Virus record (IMG/VR): IMGVR_UViG_3300008255_000160
Coordinates: 1 to 52,867 of that record
Reading direction: 5' to 3' (one strand)
Origin: a virus
Taxonomy: Duplodnaviria; Caudoviricetes
Length of the DNA: 52,867 bases
Shown: one piece after another, positions 1-7,876 of the stretch
How positions within the stretch are numbered: position 1 is the first letter of the stretch
Layout of the letters: every line of letters begins with the position of its first letter
Notes under the pieces: model-generated
Database searches by the model: none
Told to the model about the DNA's origin: nothing
Seen by the model: only the letters and a program-made list of their open reading frames with translations
Program-made: the position numbers and the translations under genes

Positions 1-827
1 ACATCAACAAAGCACAAACTGCTTTGAATGCAGGTTTCAACACAAAGGCTGCCCGGAAAAATGCGTTGGACAACATTGGAAGAGCTTATGATCTGGTTCG
101 TCGCCAAACGTATGATTTTGAAACAACAGGCGAACTTCCATATTCTTTTGCACATTATCGTCCTGCCAAACACGAAGATGCACTATGCAATGATCAAACA
201 TTGATCAAGACAGTATCCCGACTGTTGTCACTTCGTGAGACAATTAAGAATGCTCTTATCAATAATCCGGTTTCAAATGCGCAACAGGAACGTGCTATTC
301 TTCAACGGTCACCCATTCCGGCGATTGCGGCAGAATTTGAACCGTTGAAGGCCAGTGTGAAACAAGATTACATTAATAAGGTTCGCACCATGGCCGCTGC
401 TTTGTTGGAAGAGTATAATAATGATTGGTCATCTTTATCTCAGATCAATGTTTATTCAAACAATCATCGTGTATGGACATTTGTTCGTAATCATGTCAAG
501 TATATTAACAACAAGCCTGCTGGTATTGACGAAGATCGTCTCGACAAGCTGGCTACACGTTATGCCAATGATCAGGTTGATGCCTTTGTTCACAAGCTGG
601 CGCTGAAACTGGTTGATCTGGAAAATGTTAAACTACATGGTGTCAACACAGGGTCATTTGAATTTGCATTGACGGGTAACCTGAATGACCAACGGGTGAA
701 AGTTGTACAAAACATAAAATATGGTTTGTCAAAATTCAATAATCCGTATGTCCAATGGCCCGCATTGATTTATGTCGATGGTAAAAAAGTAAGTGAGTTG
801 GAATTTCAAAAACTTACAAACAAATAA
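1..827 (+). CDS. hypothetical phage protein, probably 5'-partial
   Basis: 267-aa ORF whose frame stays open to the window edge; no recognised motif. Confidence 0.6.
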   Translation, partial: INKAQTALNAGFNTKAARKNALDNIGRAYDLVRRQTYDFETTGELPYSFAHYRPAKHEDALCNDQTLIKTVSRLLSLRETIKNALINNPVSNAQQERAILQRSPIPAIAAEFEPLKASVKQDYINKVRTMAAALLEEYNNDWSSLSQINVYSNNHRVWTFVRNHVKYINNKPAGIDEDRLDKLATRYANDQVDAFVHKLALKLVDLENVKLHGVNTGSFEFALTGNLNDQRVKVVQNIKYGLSKFNNPYVQWPALIYVDGKKVSELEFQKLTNK

Positions 828-851
828 AAACCATGCTGAACTGATGTTTTA

Positions 852-1196
852 TCAGTTCAGCAATTCGTTTTCTGGTACGTACTCGTTTTCGGTCATGTAT
901 AATGAAAGTACTTCATTTGCATAATAACCAAAACCCGGCATTTTGATAATATTGGTTGCATCTTTGCCCAATTCATCTGATAATTCGAAAGTATCGAATA
1001 TTTCACATTTGATGACATCTTCGGTTTGTTCTTTTCCGACAACCATCACAGCAGTATAAGAAACATCGCCATCAAATGTGTCATTCAGATGTTTGATATC
1101 AATGGCAATTCGCCAATTGGATATGTTTCCAAAGGTATCAAATTCTGCAAAAGCAACACTATCATCATGCCTGACAGCAAGCGTAAGTTCTTTCAT
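852..1196 (-). CDS. hypothetical protein
   Basis: ORF 852-1265, but its 5' part overlaps tRNA-Thr; ATG at 1196 (MKELTL) is the likelier start. Confidence 0.55.
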   Translation of the reverse strand: MKELTLAVRHDDSVAFAEFDTFGNISNWRIAIDIKHLNDTFDGDVSYTAVMVVGKEQTEDVIKCEIFDTFELSDELGKDATNIIKMPGFGYYANEVLSLYMTENEYVPENELLN

Positions 1197-1235
1197 ACTC
1201 TTATTTATCATCGTATGCTGATATTGTTGAAGAAA

Positions 1236-1310
1236 TGGTGCCGATGGTAGGATTTGCACCCACAACCTTCGCTTTACAAGAGCGCTGCACTACTGTTGTG
1301 CTACATCGGC
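1236..1310 (-). tRNA. tRNA-Thr(UGU)
   Basis: Cloverleaf with acceptor GCCGATG/CATCGGC, anticodon loop CTTGTAA and encoded ACCA; atypical T-loop TGCAAAT. Confidence 0.9.
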
Positions 1311-1810
1311 TAATAACTTTTCCCTTTAGCATATCGGAGACGGCGCTTATGTCTGCCATTCCTTCTATTTTGCCTTTATATGTTTTAGTTTGACTATGGT
1401 AATTTGGACACAATAGAGAAAGATTTTCTTTGGAATTATTTTCAGAGTTTTCATCTATATGTTCTAACTCTAATATAATTGCTTTGTTATTCCATTCGAT
1501 TATTCCACATTCCCAACATCCATTTTTAATTTCGGATAAAAACCTCCTAATAGACACTTTACCGGGAAACTGTATTTCTCCCCTTTGCCATTTTTCAATA
1601 TTTTCTTTATATTAAAAAATCAATATGGCATTTACTATTACAATTACAATACTTAGAGCTACTGTTTGCTAATTTAAAACCACAGTTATTACAATTTTTG
1701 GGTTCAGAACCATGTCTTCTGACACCAACATTGTTGTGACTAACAGAACAACTCCTACTACAAAACTTGGGATTTGCGGTTTCTTCGCCGCAAACAAGGC
1801 ATTTCGTTAT
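1310..1810 (-). pseudogene. degenerate HNH homing endonuclease with N-terminal Cys-rich zinc-finger repeats
   Basis: CLVC..KFCSRSC..CNNC N-terminus, then LELEHIDENSENNSKENLSLLCPNYHSQT core; frameshifts near 1615 and 1370; no intact ATG; CPNCH changed to CPNYH. Confidence 0.8.
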
Positions 1811-1858
1811 TCGAACTCTTTCCTGTTGATACAGGAAAATTTATTCTAGTTCGAAACG

Positions 1859-1880
1859 CTACCAACTGAGCTATGATGGC
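1859..1880 (-). pseudogene. 5' fragment of a tRNA gene (acceptor strand plus D-arm)
   Basis: GCCATCATAGCTCAGTTGGTAG, then abrupt divergence; no matching 3' half seen. Confidence 0.7.
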
Positions 1881-1885
1881 ATGAA

Positions 1886-2311
1886 TCAATCTATAACCAA
1901 AAATGGAGTCGATGTCAACAGTCTTTTATTTAAAGCGGAATTTGGTTCTTCTTCCCATTGATCATCATTTTTTCTTTTCCAGTGAAAATCACGTTCAGCA
2001 TACTTGATGTCAAATCCTTTTCTATCGGGTTTAACATAAAGGTGATACCAATAGTTTTGAAAGACTGATGGCTTTTCAATGAATTCCATACCACCCTGTT
2101 CGTCAAGCCATTTCATGATATGGTCTAATGATTTGTACGTTCTGGGATCAGTCGCTGTTGACTCACAAACTGGTGTTTGTATTTCGTGCACCAACATGAT
2201 ACCCAACTTACTCATCATGCCATATGAATATTCTGGTATCAGAAAGATTTTTGAATACTGTGTTTCAATTTGAATTAATGCTCTGTTGGTCATACATGAA
2301 TGATATGACAA
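1886..2311 (-). CDS. hypothetical protein
   Basis: 141-aa ORF co-oriented with neighbours. Confidence 0.55.
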   Translation of the reverse strand: MSYHSCMTNRALIQIETQYSKIFLIPEYSYGMMSKLGIMLVHEIQTPVCESTATDPRTYKSLDHIMKWLDEQGGMEFIEKPSVFQNYWYHLYVKPDRKGFDIKYAERDFHWKRKNDDQWEEEPNSALNKRLLTSTPFLVID

Positions 2312-2323
2312 TCAGAGTGAAAC

Positions 2324-2671
2324 CTATTTGAGTCGAACCTTTTTGCGGTCATCTTCATTAAGTTTCCATTTATGAGAAATGAAGGAACCGGTTTTCTGTT
2401 GCCGGAACAACCGATACATATCGCTTATTACATTTGGCAAACCATGAAATATTATCAATACGGGAAGCAAAATGACATTCAGTGTGACTAATAACCAATT
2501 ATAATATTTTTCAACTTTGATAAAGTGGGTCATCGGGTTGTAGTATGCTTTCCAATGAATGAATAAAAAATCATGTATGTCTTTATTTGATACGAAGTCT
2601 ACCACGTTTTTGACACGATGGTATCCTTTAGTGGTTGGACACGTGTATTCATACTGATTTATCTTGGGCAT
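2324..2671 (-). CDS. hypothetical protein with one hydrophobic segment
   Basis: 115-aa ORF with AGGA-like RBS immediately after tRNA-Ser. Confidence 0.6.
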   Translation of the reverse strand: MPKINQYEYTCPTTKGYHRVKNVVDFVSNKDIHDFLFIHWKAYYNPMTHFIKVEKYYNWLLVTLNVILLPVLIIFHGLPNVISDMYRLFRQQKTGSFISHKWKLNEDDRKKVRLK

Positions 2672-2680
2672 CCTGCGAAG

Positions 2681-2772
2681 TGGCGGAAGGGGTGGGATTC
2701 GAACCCACGGAACGTTTCAGCGTTCGGCAGTTTTCAAGACTGCTGTATTAAACCAGACTCTACCACCCTTCC
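2681..2772 (-). tRNA. tRNA-Ser(UGA)
   Basis: Acceptor GGAAGGG/CCCTTCC, loop CTTGAAA, long variable arm, GGTTCGAATCC, GCCA end. Confidence 0.95.
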
Positions 2773-2776
2773 AATT

Positions 2777-2851
2777 TGGAGAACTGGGAAGGAATCGAAC
2801 CCCCATAAACGGAGTTGCGGTCTGCCACATTAGCCATTCTGTCACCGGTTC
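2777..2851 (-). tRNA. tRNA-Cys(GCA), degenerate or possible pseudo-tRNA
   Basis: GCA anticodon, U73 discriminator, CCA and TTCGATT T-loop; but C33, plus A-C mismatches in acceptor and anticodon stems. Confidence 0.75.
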
Positions 2852-2901
2852 GCTATTCTATTTAGCACAAATTCATACAATGTCAACATATTGATGGAGA
2901 A

Positions 2902-3302
2902 TTATCCGTTCGATAACAACCCGTGCTGTTGAAGGAAATCAACCAAGCCTGCTCCGTCCTCAGTGGACAATGTTGATTCAAGTTTGGTTTTATGATTCAG
3001 TGCCATTCTATGAACAAGTTCAGCAGCAATACCAAATCGCCTGTATTTGTCATTTGTTCTGATCATATTGATACGGGTTACATTGTCGTTTTTATCAAGT
3101 GTAAAATCAATGTATCCATATATTTTTTCAAAAACCGGGTGATCCCAGTCATAATCCGGAGCAAAGCAACAGCTATAAACTCTCCATAACATTCTGATTT
3201 ATAACAGTCTTTAATATCATTAAAGAAACGTGGCAATGGAAGATCACGTTTGTCAAATTCATCAAGTTTCAGAAATTTGTATTCAAGTTGGGAGATTTTC
3301 AT
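2902..3302 (-). pseudogene. GNAT-like acetyltransferase split by a 1-nt frameshift
   Basis: ORFs 3078-3302 and 2902-3192 join as ..EFIAVA/FAPDYDW.. near 3164; motif A-like YRRFGIAAELV and STEDG. Confidence 0.6.
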
Positions 3303-3319
3303 AATAGTATTTATAAACG

Positions 3320-3625
3320 ATGAAGGGCCACCTTGCGGGTATTGACGTTACCCAGTGGCCCTTCATGTTTTTTGACAACTCTCTTGTCAGTCACGCCCGT
3401 TTCATTGCGATTTCTCGGATTGATGTGCTTTCTCTGAAAGGCGTCATGCTCGTCATAGCATCCATAACCATTTGTTCGCCGTGGCGTCCAGAGAGTTTGT
3501 GTAATCAACTATCAGCCAATTACTGATCAACCTTCAACCGTGGAGTAGTGGACGTTTTCTCCTCTGTTCTGATTGGGGACCACATCACTGTGAAGACCAC
3601 CACCGGTCCCTACCCCTTTCATGAT
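3320..3625 (-). ncRNA. candidate structured non-coding RNA
   Basis: GC-richer intergenic stretch with at least 7 hairpins including GNRA loops, a 12-bp terminal stem and an upstream TTGACT-17-TATAAC promoter. Confidence 0.5.
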
Positions 3626-3629
3626 TGAT

Positions 3630-3658
3630 GTTATAACAGGACGATATTCAAAAGTCAA
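3630..3658 (-). promoter_or_regulatory. sigma70-type promoter
   Basis: TTGACT-N17-TATAAC. Confidence 0.7.
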
Positions 3659-3671
3659 CCAGATAATGCCA

Positions 3672-4037
3672 TCAATATGCAAAAAGTGTGTGAACAACTG
3701 GCCCAACCATAGTCAGAGAACCAATAAACAAAGCCAAAGTAAAAGAACCAAGGAATGTTCTTTCTGCACTATCTATATTTGTTTCGCTCTTTTTAGATGA
3801 AGTAATAAGGTATCTAAAAGATATGAATACTAGCAGTATCAAAAATATTAAAGCAAAAAAGAATAAAAAGCTAATAAACACGTTTAGCTCTATTGAGGCA
3901 CTATCGTCATATGTTAGTGTTCTGAAAATAAAACTTACAATTGGTATTATTATCATTGAAGTTATTAAGGAAATCCAGACATCTCTTTTATTTCCAAATA
4001 TCTGGATTAAACTATTTATACGGGGTGTTCCAACCAT
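3672..4037 (-). CDS. membrane protein (about 3 TM helices)
   Basis: Three hydrophobic stretches; overlaps the end of the upstream ORF. Confidence 0.6.
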   Translation of the reverse strand: MVGTPRINSLIQIFGNKRDVWISLITSMIIIPIVSFIFRTLTYDDSASIELNVFISFLFFFALIFLILLVFISFRYLITSSKKSETNIDSAERTFLGSFTLALFIGSLTMVGPVVHTLFAY

Positions 4038-4540
4038 TGTTTACGATCATCTGCTCTAGTGGGATTGAATAACAGGTCAAGTTTTTCTTTCAGGTTCCCA
4101 TCATTCCAAAAAGGAATCAATTGCGGTGTTTCCAGAATGTCCCGCCATTGTTCGTCTTGTAATGTACCCAAACCTTTTGCCCTGATAATCTCCCATCCTT
4201 TATATTTAGCCGGGCTGAACAAATGATAATCCGAATGGTATATGTATTTCCTTTTGTTACCTTTTTTCAGAAGGACGTAAGGTGTCATGAGTTTGTTGAC
4301 AAAGGGATTATTACCATCGGCAAACAACTCTGGCCAATATTTCAAAAGAAAGTTAACAACTAGACACAGAATGTGGTACCCGTCACAATTATGGGTAAGT
4401 ATGTTATCACCATTGTTCCCAACAATAAAAAAACAATGATCTTCTGAATCCACGGTTATATCATAAACTTCGCTATCTGCCTCACATGACGACACATCGC
4501 TTACGCGGACCATTTCATATTCAGAATAATTCAAAACCAT
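4016..4540 (-). CDS. gyrB: split-intein C-fragment fused to the C-terminal part of type IIA topoisomerase B subunit
   Basis: VYDITV..HCFF..ILTHN|CDGYHI..KGLG; GGAG 6 nt before ATG 4540 (ORF track starts at 4552). Confidence 0.9.
   Translation of the reverse strand: MVLNYSEYEMVRVSDVSSCEADSEVYDITVDSEDHCFFIVGNNGDNILTHNCDGYHILCLVVNFLLKYWPELFADGNNPFVNKLMTPYVLLKKGNKRKYIYHSDYHLFSPAKYKGWEIIRAKGLGTLQDEQWRDILETPQLIPFWNDGNLKEKLDLLFNPTRADDRKQWLEHPV
4388..4540 (-). mobile_element. split intein IntC (51 aa)
   Basis: Intein blocks F and G, ending His-Asn before Cys+1. Confidence 0.9.
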
Positions 4541-4615
4541 TGTTAGCTCCATAACATGATACGTTTTTTAACAGATTCAATCATTTCTGTCAAATCTGAA
4601 ACAGCCAAGTTGTGA

Positions 4616-6385
4616 TCATTTTTTGATCAGTAATGTATCTCCCTTTTGAATATCACAGGCTTGTACCATTGTGACTTCCCCTTTTTTCATAACTGGGAAC
4701 AAATGTCCTTCGCTGCATTTGACAATGTTCCCATTGATGTTGATACTAATTGTTTTAGAAACTTGTTTTCTAATAGTGTTGGTTATTTTTGCAGAACCAT
4801 TTGTTCCGATCACTTCATCGCCAATGTTCAAATCCTGTATGGACTTAGGTCCATTCGGGGTTGCAACTTGAGTATCTTTAGCCAAACAGTCTTCGTCCGT
4901 AGCGATAAAAATCTTGCCATACCTCAGTTCATGGCGGCGGGCAGGCTTACCATATACCAGTCCAAGGGCTGAAACGATGTCAGACAAGGCTTGCGATTTC
5001 AAAGCGACAGCCGGAGTAACATCGTGAACATTCATGATTTTACCACGTAATGGTAAAATGCCATGGACATTGGGATCACGTTCATTAGTAATTAGATTTA
5101 CAGCCGAATCGCCTTCACCGATAATCAGGATACATTTCGAACGATCACGTCCATTGGCATCAATCAATTTGGCAACATTGGTTTTCGCTGCCTTTTTGGA
5201 AAGCGCCTGTGCCTCTTTTGTGTCCTTGGCGTGTGAACGGTCCACGGCCCGTTCAATAATTTGTCCCATCCATTCTGGGTGTTTGCGTTTGATAGCGGCA
5301 AACATATTATCATCCAGTCCGTCGCGAATCCATTTGGCGGCTTCCTGATTGACCAGATAATGTTTTGATTGTGAATTGAAATTTGGTGCGTCCATACGGG
5401 TAACAGCAAATACCAGCAGCCCTGCTGCAACATCAGAACGATTGAGTGTCACCTTTGCTCGTTTGGCTTCACGGCTGATACTTGTGATCAAGGATGAAAA
5501 AAATTTCGTACGGAATGCTTTAACATGTTCCCCACCCGTATATGCACAAATGCCATTCACAACGGCATGCATGTGTTCTTCATTGCCTTCATGAAAATTT
5601 GGAATGATATAGAATGTGTTGAAGAAGTTATTCTCCTTGGAATTAACTTCGAATTCAATAACATCATGCCCTTTGAAAAAATCCTTTGTGTTGATGCGTT
5701 TACCATTAAAGGTAAATTGCACCTTGGGATAAATGAAAGACAGTTCGTGAAGTCTGGCCTTCACTAGTTCTTCTGGAAGGATCAAATGTTTAAATACAGA
5801 TGATGATGGTGTAAATTGAACTTTGGTGCCATGTTTTGTGGCACCGGCAGATGACCGCTTGGGACGCCTGATGACCAATTCTTCATCATTAATATTGTCT
5901 TCTTCATATTCTTGGACATAATGAACACCATTGGACCAAACTTCGACTTTAAAATGTGAAGAGACATAATTGACTGCGGACGCACCAATTCCGTTGGTTC
6001 CGACGACATTTTCTCTTTTGTCAAAATTAGAACCGGCTCTGAGGCGCGTAAACACCATTTGAATTTGTTTGATTGGAATACCGGCCCCATCATCCTTGAC
6101 GGACATGGTGAGTGTTTCCGGATCAAATTCAACTTGAATCCTTTTTCCATTACCATGGCCAACAATTTCGTCCATGGCATTATCAAGCAATTCCCGAAAG
6201 GCGGTCAAAAGTGCTGGAACATATTCGACCTCTTGAAGTTCGAGTTTATGGCCATTGTAATTGACCATTGTTTCGTTCACGACTTCGCGTGACCCGAGAT
6301 ACATTTCTGTTCTCAGGCGCACGTGTTGCCAATCGGTCAATTCCTTGTTTTGGCGTTGTTTAAGTTTAGATGTACGAGGAGCCAT
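4616..6385 (-). CDS. gyrB: type IIA topoisomerase B subunit N-terminal part (GHKL ATPase, transducer, half TOPRIM) fused to split-intein N-fragment
   Basis: HVRLRTEMYLGS, ELLDNAMDE, DDGAGIP, GTNGIG, EGDSA, PLRGK, then ATDED|CLAKDT. Confidence 0.95.
   Translation of the reverse strand: MAPRTSKLKQRQNKELTDWQHVRLRTEMYLGSREVVNETMVNYNGHKLELQEVEYVPALLTAFRELLDNAMDEIVGHGNGKRIQVEFDPETLTMSVKDDGAGIPIKQIQMVFTRLRAGSNFDKRENVVGTNGIGASAVNYVSSHFKVEVWSNGVHYVQEYEEDNINDEELVIRRPKRSSAGATKHGTKVQFTPSSSVFKHLILPEELVKARLHELSFIYPKVQFTFNGKRINTKDFFKGHDVIEFEVNSKENNFFNTFYIIPNFHEGNEEHMHAVVNGICAYTGGEHVKAFRTKFFSSLITSISREAKRAKVTLNRSDVAAGLLVFAVTRMDAPNFNSQSKHYLVNQEAAKWIRDGLDDNMFAAIKRKHPEWMGQIIERAVDRSHAKDTKEAQALSKKAAKTNVAKLIDANGRDRSKCILIIGEGDSAVNLITNERDPNVHGILPLRGKIMNVHDVTPAVALKSQALSDIVSALGLVYGKPARRHELRYGKIFIATDEDCLAKDTQVATPNGPKSIQDLNIGDEVIGTNGSAKITNTIRKQVSKTISININGNIVKCSEGHLFPVMKKGEVTMVQACDIQKGDTLLIKK
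4619..4888 (-). mobile_element. split intein IntN (90 aa)
   Basis: Block A CLAKDTQV, block B CSEGH, ends ACDIQKGDTLLIKK-stop. Confidence 0.9.
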
Positions 6386-6398
6386 ATGATTTATCTTC

Positions 6399-6444
6399 TT
6401 GACATTTGAGAGGAAAGTATATAGAAAGGTTTATAGTTTGTCAA
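6399..6444. promoter_or_regulatory. overlapping divergent sigma70-type promoters for the two topoisomerase subunits
   Basis: Minus strand TTGACA(6444-6439)-N17-TATACT; plus strand TTGACA at 6399 with a weaker -10. Confidence 0.6.
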
Positions 6445-6461
6445 TGAAGGATTACAGCAGA

Positions 6462-7868
6462 ATGGCTGGCAACGTCGAATTTTTAGAACAATCGTTTCAC
6501 GAATATGCTGTCTACGTTAATAAAAATCGTGCAATACCTGATGCACGTGACGGATTGAAACAAGGTCAGCGCATCGCATTGCATTTAATGCGGTCCCGTT
6601 CTGGAAAGATAAAGGTTATTGCCTTGGCAGGCCAGATGATTGCCGAGGAACTTTATGTGCATGGTGATACAGCTGCAGCCGAATCGATTTCACAACTTGC
6701 AGCCCCATATAAGAACAATGTGCCGTTATTAACGGGACAAGGTTCCTTTGGATCACGCTCAAAGCCGACAGCATTTGCCTCACCAAGATATATTTATGTT
6801 TCCAGAGCACCAGCATCTGACAAGCTTTTATATACGGATGCTGATATTGTGCCATTGACTGAAAACCATGATGGTTCCAAATGGATGCCAGAATGTTTCT
6901 ACCCGATGGTTCCGACACATTTGATTAATGGTGTCGAAGGGATTGGTGTTGGTTATAGTGTGCGTATTTTTCCACGCAACATGACGGACCTGATCACCGC
7001 TATCACCAAATGTATTCGTGGCCAGAAATCCGATCTACCACGCATTGAACCTTGTTTTGATTATCTGGATAACCAAAGAGGCAAGTTCAAAGATTATAAC
7101 AAAGCTGGCAACATGGTATGGGAATTCACTGGTAGAGTAAAAATCAAAGACACCAGTACGGTTGTGGTGACAGAATTACCTGCAATGAATTTGACTGTTG
7201 AAAAATTCAAGGAACAACTTAATGAAATGGCCGAAAGAGGTGACATCAAAGAGTTCCGTGATAATTCTGCAAAACTGATTAATATTGAAATCAAGTTGAA
7301 ACGAGGACAATGCCGGGATTGGACAGAAGAAGATGCCATTGACTTTTTGAAACTTCGTAAAGAAGCATCTGAAACATTTGTTGTCACCAGTTTTGATGGT
7401 AAGGGCATTGTTCAATATTTCTATGACAAGGATCACAAATATCCTGATCCGGTTGAACGATATCTGCGGGAATGGACTGAATGGCGTTTTGCCAAATATG
7501 CCAACCGGTATGAAAACCTGATTAAACTGGCCGAACAACAGGCTTTGTATCTCCAATGTGTTAAAGCGTGTTTTGATCATGGTATGCCAGATCGTATATC
7601 CAAAAAGCAAAACCGGGCAGACATGAAAAGTGATATCGTTCAATGTGCGGCCAAAAACAAATATGTTGCTACCGATGAAATTGCCGACCGCATTTCAGCA
7701 AGAGCATCGTATTCGTGGACACGAGAAGCATTGAGAAAGACACTTGAAGAAATTATTGCAGTCAATGGTTCGATCCGGGAATACAAAATACTGTTGAAGT
7801 CAGATGACAAACGCCGTGATGTGTTTGTCGATGAGTTGAATTCCTTGAAAGGAATGAAGATTTCATAA
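6462..7868 (+). CDS. gyrA: type IIA topoisomerase A subunit (T4 gp52-like, no C-terminal pinwheel)
   Basis: NRAIPDARDGLKQGQR, YVHGD, GQGSFGS, catalytic ASPRY; ATG 6462 preferred over TTG 6399. Confidence 0.93.
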   Translation: MAGNVEFLEQSFHEYAVYVNKNRAIPDARDGLKQGQRIALHLMRSRSGKIKVIALAGQMIAEELYVHGDTAAAESISQLAAPYKNNVPLLTGQGSFGSRSKPTAFASPRYIYVSRAPASDKLLYTDADIVPLTENHDGSKWMPECFYPMVPTHLINGVEGIGVGYSVRIFPRNMTDLITAITKCIRGQKSDLPRIEPCFDYLDNQRGKFKDYNKAGNMVWEFTGRVKIKDTSTVVVTELPAMNLTVEKFKEQLNEMAERGDIKEFRDNSAKLINIEIKLKRGQCRDWTEEDAIDFLKLRKEASETFVVTSFDGKGIVQYFYDKDHKYPDPVERYLREWTEWRFAKYANRYENLIKLAEQQALYLQCVKACFDHGMPDRISKKQNRADMKSDIVQCAAKNKYVATDEIADRISARASYSWTREALRKTLEEIIAVNGSIREYKILLKSDDKRRDVFVDELNSLKGMKIS

Positions 7869-7876
7869 ATAAATGC

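Noticed and set aside
3320-3625. Identification as tmRNA or RNase P RNA
   Set aside because: No T-arm, CCA or tag reading frame, and GAGGAGAAAACGTCC is only loosely like the RNase P GAGGAAAGTCC; kept as an unassigned RNA
4016-4888. Topoisomerase B as a nonsense pseudogene with a cis intein
   Set aside because: Three stops in the spacer, a break at the canonical split position, a dedicated RBS and intact motifs favour a true split intein
6462-7868. True DNA gyrase
   Set aside because: The A subunit lacks the C-terminal pinwheel and GyrA box; gyrA/gyrB symbols denote homology only
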